A stretch of 62,291 bases of DNA, counting the filler, from Globobulimina sp. (Eukaryota), in the NCBI GenBank assembly GCA_003354225.1. It is 6 parts of 6 records of this genome, joined end to end, with 100 filler letters (N's around TTAATTAATTAA, not from the genome) between each part and the next. Parts side by side here need not be neighbours in the genome. Positions count along the whole stretch, not along the records: positions 52,126 to 62,291 come from PIVH01000028.1; 5 more parts are not named here. One strand, 5' to 3'. The position numbers and the translations under genes are program-made. Under the pieces are notes generated by a model. The model saw only the letters and a program-made list of their open reading frames with translations, made no database searches and was not told the origin of the DNA. This document shows positions 55,101 through 62,291 of the stretch, in pieces (the first letter of the stretch is position 1; each line of letters opens with the position of its first letter).

Positions 55101-58100
55101 TAAACATCGTACATAGCAGTTCGTTTATGGAGCGTCCATTGGTTTTGAGGTGCACAGATTTGATCCCGTCATATCCCGGGGCGCTATTTTGATTTGCATA
55201 GGAAATGGCCAGTTCGATGGAATGGTATTTTGCTTTTTTATTGGTATTGAGTTCATTATGGCGAGGCAGTGTGTTGTCAACCTCCTCCTTTTTTTCATCC
55301 TCCTCTTCAATGCTGGTGCGAAGTGGCGGAGTGTGCGGCGTTTGTAATGGTATCCCTATAATTACATCGTTATCGCTGTCGTAGGTCTCGTCATTATTTT
55401 CCAAGTCATATAATTCATCTCTGAGCGGTTGCGTTGTTGGGACATAGTTGGGGTCATAGTGCGGAGTGTGAAGGTTATTATCCTCTATTTCATAATTTAT
55501 ATTTGTGTCAATATTTATAATTGCAGGTATTGGGGAAGTTTCTGATGTATTATGTAGGTCATCTTCCGTAGGTATTTGAGGGATGAATGTGAGGGTGTTA
55601 ATGGACTGTTTATTGAGTGTATTTTGGAAATCATTAATTGCAGTTATCTGGGGGTTGTCGTCGGGGTCATTTATGGGACCGTTTATTTTGCTGAAAAATT
55701 GTGAGAGCGCTTCATTTTTGTCCATTATGACATCATTATAATTTAGGAACGGCTCATCCAATATGAAATCTTTGTTTTTATTGTATCTTTTGAAGGTTTT
55801 AAGTTTATTGCAATGGTCGAGGTTGCTAAATCTTATGGTATTTTGCGTCAAAGTATTTTGTTTATTACGTATGTATTCCGCCTCTGACTCAGCCATTAAT
55901 ATTTTGCCTTCATTGGTGTTATTATTTGTGTTCATTAGCAATCTCTGTTTTATGTTTAGAGTGACCTGTTTCCGCGACAGTGTGGACCATTTATTGGTAG
56001 TATTAAAATCTGCCAAACCAAATGCTTTAATTGATGCCAAATGTAATATGTAGGCGGTAGTGATGGAGGTGATGTGGGAGATAAATTGGCGTTCATTTTT
56101 ATTTTGGTGGTGTTTTATGTTTGCAGCAAACTGTTTGAGGTATTTTGTGGAATTCTTTATTATTTTATTGTGTATTTTTAAAAGCTCTTTGTTAGGGCCA
56201 CTGGTTCTGAGTATTAGATGTTTATCGATGGCGGCAGTCTCACATTTGGCATTATTTAAGGTGAAGACAACGGGTCTGTGGTCCATGAAGACCGGATGAG
56301 TGTCAACATTCATTGACTGGATGGAGTTCAATTTGTTGGTGATTACATAATCTATGATTGAACCACCACTGTTTTGGACTCCTTTTGCCAAACATGTAAG
56401 GAATTTGGGAGCAAATTGGGGGTTCGCTATTTTTAGGTTGGTGCGATCCAGCATCGTTTTCATGTATCGATAGTGTCCATTGGTGTTATGATCCATTGTC
56501 ATGGATCCCATTCTGGCATTAAAATCGCCTATGACATACATATTATGGCAATGTGATTTATATTTATTGATATCGTCAGTTAGGGAGTTATAGAATTTGA
56601 GGCTGCGTTTACTTAATTTTGGTTTGTATGTTCGTGTGTAATTTATGGCAATGTAGGTGGGTTTTATTTGGTTTTTGATGTTGACAGAGATCCACGTGGT
56701 GTTATGCCCTCTCGTTTTTTTAATTAGCTTTATTTTATTTTTTAGATTGTATTTGTAATATATTAGGATCCCGCCAACATTTTGCAAGTTGTTTGTTGCT
56801 ATGGGCGCTTTATGAGCCATCAAATTGTAACCAGGTAGTCTCCAATTTGGGCGATGTGTCATCCTGGTGTCAATCAGTAGAATTATGTCCAATTTATGGT
56901 GTGTTACAAGCTGCTGCATATATGGATGCATTTGGTTTATTTTAGTTTTGGCATTGCCGTTAATGTTCATGAAGCCAATCTTCATATTTTTTAGTTTAAT
57001 TTGGGTGGATGTTATTGGTTCAATGTCTGGGGCATATATTTGCATAAATGGATATTTTAGGATTGTTTCAGGGATATCATCAGCAGCAAGCAAAGTGTTG
57101 TTAATATGACCCTGTATTACTTTGCTTATCATATAGTTTTTATATCTACGGAGTTGTGTATTTGTAGTGTGGTGTTTGTTTACTGCTCGTTTGAATATTT
57201 GATTTAATGAGATAACTGCGTTGTTTTTTTGATTGTTTATCCAGTTATCTCTGTTTGCGGAGTGTATCTCCATATTTAAGCTGTTATGGGTTCCTTGCCA
57301 ATGATTTATAATTTCATGGATTTTTTTATCCCTCGGAGCAAACCATTTTATGTGGTAGTTGTTATTGGCGACTGCTTGTTGTAAAATTAAATCATTCTCA
57401 ACATAGTTGTTTTTGAGTATGAAGTCATACAGTGCCAAGATTTTCGTTGCGCTTCTATTAAAAGCATGGAGCTGTTTGTAAACTGTAAGCTCAGCGGTTT
57501 CGTTAATATAGGGAACCTTCTTAAATCGAATGGGTATATTCGACGGAAAATGGTTCACAATGAACGACTTGATTGGGTGATATCGATGCTGTGGCATGCG
57601 AATCGTTATCCATCTCAATGATTTATCCATCATGATTTTAAGATATCGATATATTTTACGTAGACGATGTTGATATCGCTCAATGAAGCGGTAAAGGGAT
57701 TGCGTGTGTTTATGATGTTTAGTGCTTATCATGTATCCCGTTACGCATTCAGTTTGGATCACATTCATGTAATGATTGAAGTAGTTATGGATGGAATATG
57801 TTGTTTTGATTCCGAGGTAAAATCGGTTATTTTGTAGTGTGTCAAGTACGGAGCGGAACTGTTTCCGATCACTAACGTTATGTATATGTTTTATTTTGTT
57901 TGTGATTAAGGCGAGAATTGGTATTGATTTTAATTTAAAATAAGGAGAATGGCTCAGAGCATCGGTAGTAACAACGTCCACCGCATGCAAATCAATGAAC
58001 CGATAAACGAAAAAAGAAGAATTAAAATTATAATGAAGTAAGAAAAAAGTAGGTGGTATACGGAAGAAGAAGAAAAAACAAATAAAATTCAATAGAAATG

Positions 58101-58326
58101 AGAAAAAAATGGGTTTTATAATTACGGGGTATAAGAAAAAAGAGGGATTAAATGTAGGTAAATATGATGAAAAAAGAGAGCTAATGGTGGTGTGAATGCA
58201 TTTTATTTGACACAAACAGAGTAATAATAATAGAAAAAATAAATAGGAAGATATGGAGTTTGGGCGCAAGTTGGAAGGTTTCATGACGATCGGGCTGATA
58301 CAGCCATTATTGGTACGAATAAGCAT
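52144..58326 (-). CDS. LINE ORF2 polyprotein (unknown N-domain, APE, RT, CCHC, RNase H)
   Basis: IGFMNING, VIGDFNA, MDHRPV; SAPGYDGI, LLDIRKAFDTV, YADD (54478-54489), RYLG; CHLC...HLAVLC; ATDSS, GEL, FTDS, KVKSH, IADILA. Confidence 0.95.
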   Translation of the reverse strand: MLIRTNNGCISPIVMKPSNLRPNSISSYLFFLLLLLCLCQIKCIHTTISSLFSSYLPTFNPSFFLYPVIIKPIFFSFLLNFICFFFFFRIPPTFFLLHYNFNSSFFVYRFIDLHAVDVVTTDALSHSPYFKLKSIPILALITNKIKHIHNVSDRKQFRSVLDTLQNNRFYLGIKTTYSIHNYFNHYMNVIQTECVTGYMISTKHHKHTQSLYRFIERYQHRLRKIYRYLKIMMDKSLRWITIRMPQHRYHPIKSFIVNHFPSNIPIRFKKVPYINETAELTVYKQLHAFNRSATKILALYDFILKNNYVENDLILQQAVANNNYHIKWFAPRDKKIHEIINHWQGTHNSLNMEIHSANRDNWINNQKNNAVISLNQIFKRAVNKHHTTNTQLRRYKNYMISKVIQGHINNTLLAADDIPETILKYPFMQIYAPDIEPITSTQIKLKNMKIGFMNINGNAKTKINQMHPYMQQLVTHHKLDIILLIDTRMTHRPNWRLPGYNLMAHKAPIATNNLQNVGGILIYYKYNLKNKIKLIKKTRGHNTTWISVNIKNQIKPTYIAINYTRTYKPKLSKRSLKFYNSLTDDINKYKSHCHNMYVIGDFNARMGSMTMDHNTNGHYRYMKTMLDRTNLKIANPQFAPKFLTCLAKGVQNSGGSIIDYVITNKLNSIQSMNVDTHPVFMDHRPVVFTLNNAKCETAAIDKHLILRTSGPNKELLKIHNKIIKNSTKYLKQFAANIKHHQNKNERQFISHITSITTAYILHLASIKAFGLADFNTTNKWSTLSRKQVTLNIKQRLLMNTNNNTNEGKILMAESEAEYIRNKQNTLTQNTIRFSNLDHCNKLKTFKRYNKNKDFILDEPFLNYNDVIMDKNEALSQFFSKINGPINDPDDNPQITAINDFQNTLNKQSINTLTFIPQIPTEDDLHNTSETSPIPAIINIDTNINYEIEDNNLHTPHYDPNYVPTTQPLRDELYDLENNDETYDSDNDVIIGIPLQTPHTPPLRTSIEEEDEKKEEVDNTLPRHNELNTNKKAKYHSIELAISYANQNSAPGYDGIKSVHLKTNGRSINELLCTMFNVWNQSFFIPYYWRLGTVIPILKTKNGNTPNQYRPITLLPIIFKTYERLILWEMSIKHKFRRNLHTLQGGNRSRRGVPEQIGCINLIAETAKMREIPLYCALLDIRKAFDTVWRKGLLYKLNNHFKIPLHLCKIIKAIYDNSQSAIRDIPFITNKFLLHNGVLQGSVLSPVLYAAFLNDLIEELQQSECGAASPDPNEPIACTFYADDIILTANKISHLNKLLKICQKHSNHWRYQFNNKKSKTIIYNDNTLNNNNINTYNIHDIMLINHEYHNINKIANNKPAPMIIIQKPINHKVLAININNKLQEYNVDEIPQKHLQRFIDHIKFYNDISNKPYPIMWDNIRYDRNYTPSVMHLKLRLNGERLHCTTFIRYLGAKLCSYDNTNLVSTKYTNAVFLKKLDSKARILANLDFNHIFISLADKIRILKTFYLVYTEIFAQVLDCEKIKLKEATDKQLKTICTQTQIKNFVPAQLYLWAGIPTPYERWVSLKMSFYWKLLKGGNISMMHKWAKLSHIHHHKLFKQYINLKNKWLPPTQQTINNKTIWIDPFDSVTHSHELKPLIVKNQHIQIINALNHYHPIKILNHITDNYKPMNCYEINELADYVKTDMIQVYRELFYNFNTKNNYCHLCHSRTNVPIEYHLAVLCPNLNILRHEYWNHASATFAKSGAAINKIHHHLYMQRLIEICHNVNLQKAQFWRILCGANIYNTDTNKFAYVHTQININTNKHTLYKEVVSQTHRWLTHVLNINNGKSTIKRIRCKHNLVPSKMIMFHIRNNNFNEWRYYQHKINANDLIIATDSSRDPHTNTAGIGICIIDRNKIHCFAQPIGSQSNHYGELYAIHKSQFLINHCKIDTTNRRILIFTDSLFNFLPLIITPKHSNKKPLSILFKNTQNYIKRDKIILWKVKSHTKPYQQPFNQIADILAEIGRQHPRNSNLITTNYNSIRYAKYKSYLYPQGIIPNQLYTLAGMFKQSVSMEPDLDPG

Positions 58327-58331
58327 AGCGA

Positions 58332-61300
58332 TTATGGCTCGTCGACGGAATCATCGTTATCGTCGTTGACATTTTTATTCGTGTTATTATTGTTGTTATT
58401 GCTCATTATTTCACAGTCCGCGTCCTCTTCATCTTCATTTTTATAGTCATTGTCAGCGTCATTATTATCGACATCGGAGTCATCATCATGTTGGATGGCG
58501 TATTTCCTGATGACTTTGGTTCGAGTGCGTAGCGTGGCGCCTTCGTTTTGTTTAATAAGTAGGGATTCCAATGCATTTTCATTCAAAATTAAGTCATTCT
58601 GGGCGGAAACTGTTAGGATTTTATGGAAAAGGAGGTTGCCAATGTCATTATGTTGGAATTTGGCCGTAATTTCAGGATGAAATGTCAATCCTAACTGGTC
58701 CATCGTATTCATCTCACTCCACACAGTCGGAACGCCATTGATTGTGAGGTCTTTAATGCGCGAAACAGCAAAAGAATGATAGAAAGTGATTAGAGTGTGC
58801 TCACTCGGCGCATTTCCTAAGCCAGGTATCCCTTTGAAGCCATCTTCTAATTGCGGTCTTATCGTGGGACAGCCTTTGCATTTTGATGTTAAATGGCCGC
58901 ATTTTGATTGGATCGTCGCTTTATGTAATTTATTTAGTGCTAAATTGATGGCATTCGAGTCCTTTCCATCGCGTACCATATCCGCTTCAATTTTCGCTTT
59001 TAATTCATCCAATTTGGCATCAAAGGAGCTGCAATGATTTGGTGTGGGGCAGAAATATGACGGGTCATACACGCATTTGTTGGCTAATTGTATGTGCATC
59101 GTAGACATAGCAATGATATCTTGGCGGTATGTCTCTGTAATATGTACTTCTGTGCCACCGACAATGAACGAGTTGGAGGCCAACGCTTTGTTCGCATAAA
59201 AATAATTGTTGTCATGCAAGTCCGCTGCAGGAACACCAGTTAATAGGTAACGCGGCGTATTTTTAAACTGGAATTTGAACGTATTGGCATACGAATGCAT
59301 CTGATATGGATGCGCATAATTTATGACATGGATATCTGGCTCGATTGGCGCGACATTGTTTAATACATAATCGACTTCTTTACGGTTCAAATACGGCGAT
59401 AAATGGTACAAATCCAAGATATTTCCACGTAAAAGCGAATGTTTCGTGGAACAATACCAAGCTTTGGCTGTCGTGGAGTTGCATTTCATTAACGTCAATT
59501 TTAAGCAGCGCGGGTCGGTAATATGGAAGCCCAATACATCCCAAATGTAGCCCAAATCGATTGTATGTGCCTGGTATCTGTTAAGTGTGTCCATATTGTC
59601 TAAAACAGTCAAATTTAATATACGTTTTAATTTCTTGCGACAGCCAAAATAAAGCCCCGTTTTCTTGACAGGGAACGCCAACGCATTGCATCCTCGCGCA
59701 TGTCCATAATAGTCACCGTCGTGATATTCAGCTACATTGTCGGCAACAGTCACTGATAAGGGGTAGTTATTGAATTTCACCTTGTATTTCAACGGCAGCG
59801 GCTCATTAATCACATTATTAATATACTCTAATAACTGCTGGTCCGACGCAACGTAATTAAATCCAGAACCAGTCTTCTTCACTCTGCCATGTAATGCGCT
59901 GATATACGTCAGGATGCCTTGGGTGTCGCCGTCAATGCGCTCTAATGAATTATAGAAGGATTTGTCTGCGTAATAATAGGAATAAGAGGAGGAAGCAAAG
60001 AGGACAGTTAGTGGGGACACTGTGGGTAACAATTCTTCTCTGGTTTTGATAATATTGGCATCTTTCAAGGATGCAATGAAGTCATTCTCTTTATGTATCC
60101 AAATGCGGTCCGATATTCGGTTATTAATAAACACTTTGCCGAATACAATACGGATATGGAAGTCGACGCCAATTTCATTGTGATATTTAGCGGCATTGGC
60201 GATCCATTTGCGGGCACGGTTGATTTGGCCGTCTTGATATTTACGGACCATTTTATCAGAGCGCGTTTCTTCGACATACGCTTTGGTTTTGGTCATAGAT
60301 CTGCGTCGATTGAATCTAATATGGCGTTGATTGAAATCAATTTTTAAATCATCATAATCACTGAACGTCGTCACTGTGTCTGGGACCATCTGCGAGGTAC
60401 ATTTAATTTTAATGGTATTGGCTGACGCAGGAATACTTTCGATGCCTTGAATGTACGATAATTGTTTAATGCCAGCGCCAGGATTTTGGATGGAGAATAA
60501 TTTGGTAGTCTTAGGATGCGGGCTGCCAATATCTAAAAGGGTCGATTCAATGTAATTTCGTTTCAATGGGTTCGGCCGGATGCTGCAAGTATTTATGATG
60601 CTGTCTAAATTTGGAGATTTGGGGAATGGTATTTGCGAGAAGTCATCCATTTGGTCATCATCCTCAAATGGGAAGTCCTCGATAACTGTGTTATATTTTG
60701 TATCAATATTTACGTTTATGTATACTTTTACAGGTATTTGTTTTTGTATATTTACCTTTTTTATCATCAGCCATTGGGAAATGTAGTATTTAATGGGAAA
60801 GGAATAGGATGTGAGTGAGTAGGGAGTTGAGAGTGTGGTAGAAAGGATGTTTATGGAAAGTTTGTTGAAAAACAGTTTAAAGCTACGCGTGCTTTGCTGC
60901 TTATTATTTTGTAGTTGTTTCTCGCAATGAGATATATCATAAATGATATTGTTAGTTAGGAAATGATGATGGATACAATTAGAAAAGACACAAATGGTAC
61001 AACACAAAGAAGAAATAAATATACAAATATTATTGTCAAACTCCGCAGAATGTTTGAAGAAGATGAGATAGTTTGTTATTGGTACTTGATTCATCGTTTT
61101 TGGGATATTTCTGTGTTTAATTAGCTCGTTCAAAGCGAGATCTGTATGATGCAATACAGTATTTTTGTTATTGTCAATGTTATTTTTATTGAATGATTGG
61201 AATACACATTGGTTGGGACAGAAGTACGTTAATTTGACGGAATTGGTTATGTTTTGGACGGTGTTTTCACATTTTGTTATTTTATGGTATAAATGAAACT

Positions 61301-61424
61301 TTCCAAGTGATTGTTGCTCCGTTTTAGTACTACTTCCTTCGTTTTTGTTTCTATTCAAATGTAGAATTTTATCGCAGTGAACGAGGCTAATTTTTGCATC
61401 GTTGAGGCACTGTGAATTTTGCAA
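58332..61424 (-). CDS. LINE ORF1-like protein; start uncertain (listed start is TTG)
   Basis: Colinear similarity with 10816..13917; stops 5 nt before the ORF2 ATG. Confidence 0.82.
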   Translation of the reverse strand: MQNSQCLNDAKISLVHCDKILHLNRNKNEGSSTKTEQQSLGKFHLYHKITKCENTVQNITNSVKLTYFCPNQCVFQSFNKNNIDNNKNTVLHHTDLALNELIKHRNIPKTMNQVPITNYLIFFKHSAEFDNNICIFISSLCCTICVFSNCIHHHFLTNNIIYDISHCEKQLQNNKQQSTRSFKLFFNKLSINILSTTLSTPYSLTSYSFPIKYYISQWLMIKKVNIQKQIPVKVYINVNIDTKYNTVIEDFPFEDDDQMDDFSQIPFPKSPNLDSIINTCSIRPNPLKRNYIESTLLDIGSPHPKTTKLFSIQNPGAGIKQLSYIQGIESIPASANTIKIKCTSQMVPDTVTTFSDYDDLKIDFNQRHIRFNRRRSMTKTKAYVEETRSDKMVRKYQDGQINRARKWIANAAKYHNEIGVDFHIRIVFGKVFINNRISDRIWIHKENDFIASLKDANIIKTREELLPTVSPLTVLFASSSYSYYYADKSFYNSLERIDGDTQGILTYISALHGRVKKTGSGFNYVASDQQLLEYINNVINEPLPLKYKVKFNNYPLSVTVADNVAEYHDGDYYGHARGCNALAFPVKKTGLYFGCRKKLKRILNLTVLDNMDTLNRYQAHTIDLGYIWDVLGFHITDPRCLKLTLMKCNSTTAKAWYCSTKHSLLRGNILDLYHLSPYLNRKEVDYVLNNVAPIEPDIHVINYAHPYQMHSYANTFKFQFKNTPRYLLTGVPAADLHDNNYFYANKALASNSFIVGGTEVHITETYRQDIIAMSTMHIQLANKCVYDPSYFCPTPNHCSSFDAKLDELKAKIEADMVRDGKDSNAINLALNKLHKATIQSKCGHLTSKCKGCPTIRPQLEDGFKGIPGLGNAPSEHTLITFYHSFAVSRIKDLTINGVPTVWSEMNTMDQLGLTFHPEITAKFQHNDIGNLLFHKILTVSAQNDLILNENALESLLIKQNEGATLRTRTKVIRKYAIQHDDDSDVDNNDADNDYKNEDEEDADCEIMSNNNNNNTNKNVNDDNDDSVDEP

Positions 61425-61662
61425 GGGTTTAGGTTCGGTGATTGTTAAGTAAGGGAGGAAGTGAGGAAAGTTTTTTAATTCTATATTTCCAATACTATTT
61501 TTTACTCTTTCTCTCTTTGCAGTTGCACTGATAAACTGTTTTGTATTTTTAGTTTAATTTTAAACTACCCTGAATCTCTGATGAAGGCCAAAAATAACAA
61601 ACACAAGAGAGGATAGAAATAAATTATAAAAATACAATAAAAACTGCATAAGCTACTGGAAA

Positions 61663-62291
61663 TCAATGAGTAATCGGTTTTCCATATTCATTTTTTGTGG
61701 GAGTTGGCATTTTTGTTGGAAACCAATTTAATTTATCCGCAAATGATAAAACAGACGGCACAATTAACGGTCTTACGATAAACGTATCAATTAACACTCC
61801 AGCCACAAATACCAAACCCATTTGATTGGAAGTTATAATGTTCTCCAATAACAACCCCATAAAGGCACATGCCATCACAGTGCCCGCAGCGGAAATAATC
61901 GGACCTGTGGTGGACAGACCAAGTATAATTGCTGCCGAAGTGCTATATCCTTTACTTCTGTACTCAAATACGCGCGAAAATAAAAATATTTCATAATCCA
62001 AAGCCAAACCAACTAAAACAGTGCAAGTAACCACTGGCAACATCCAACCAATCCCTTGAGTCACTTGTAAGGAATGAAATTGTGTCCAGGCTAACCAGCC
62101 ATTTTCAAACACCCCAACCACCAAACCATAAACAAATAGTATTGGAACAACAATACATAACAACAATCTAAACGGCAGCAATATTGCTCGAAACACAACA
62201 CCAATCAAAATAAATACAACACCAATAATAACCGCCAAGCCATATGGCAATGTTTTATTGGTTTTATATAAGCCATCAATTTCCCAATACA
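61663..62291 (-). CDS. MMPL/RND-family transporter, C-terminal part; the frame stays open to the window end
   Basis: GLALDYEIFLFSRVFEYR...GLSTTGPIISAAGTVM...GVLIDTFIVRPLIVP. Confidence 0.85.
   Translation of the reverse strand, partial: YWEIDGLYKTNKTLPYGLAVIIGVVFILIGVVFRAILLPFRLLLCIVVPILFVYGLVVGVFENGWLAWTQFHSLQVTQGIGWMLPVVTCTVLVGLALDYEIFLFSRVFEYRSKGYSTSAAIILGLSTTGPIISAAGTVMACAFMGLLLENIITSNQMGLVFVAGVLIDTFIVRPLIVPSVLSFADKLNWFPTKMPTPTKNEYGKPITH

Larger units (their letters stand above)
52126..61473 (-). mobile_element. Non-LTR retrotransposon (LINE-like), copy B, a diverged relative of copy A
   Basis: Same ORF1/ORF2 layout; 3' end CCTGGCTGAATGTTCCCCTACTACTAT at the contig edge; shared 5' motif at 61444-61473. 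Confidence 0.92.

Noticed and set aside
10544-62291. Two LINEs in inverted orientation appearing to bracket a composite mega-element
   Set aside because: They lie on different unlinked contigs, so order and orientation are arbitrary.

Overview
The window is six unlinked contigs joined by artificial 100-nt linkers (44 N + TTAATTAATTAA + 44 N) and ordered by decreasing length, so adjacency across linkers means nothing. Most of the DNA is AT-rich eukaryotic with short (~55-72 nt) GT-AG introns; a protist, plausibly a foraminiferan/rhizarian, is my inference. Contig 1 (1-10443) is a bacterial chemotaxis cluster (cheA partial, STAS, cheY, MCP, NarL-type regulator) fused without a gap to a eukaryotic IPT/TIG + Cys-rich protein gene. 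Contigs 2 and 6 each carry an apparently intact ~9.3 kb non-LTR retrotransposon of the same unusual family: ~1030-aa ORF1; ~2030-2060-aa ORF2 with an unknown N-domain, APE, RT with a 111-aa insert, CCHC and RNase H; conserved RNA hairpins; TAC tail. Contig 3 (20996-31327) is the most striking. It is a compact module with an AlkB-like dioxygenase, a spliced ASCH/Merlin(IS1595)-like DDE transposase/chromo/SWIM fusion, a spliced SF3/D5-like P-loop NTPase, a PrimPol-like AEP primase, shared TGACGT upstream motifs and a terminal 64-bp satellite, and is a candidate self-synthesizing DNA transposon or virus-like element. Contig 4 is a Ty3/Gypsy element with a tRNA-iMet PBS, a protease lacking its catalytic Asp, no recognisable gag and an apparently circularly permuted single-LTR layout. 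Contig 5 holds host genes, including a secreted YkuD/L,D-transpeptidase-like protein. All domain calls are by motif recognition by eye; no searches were run.
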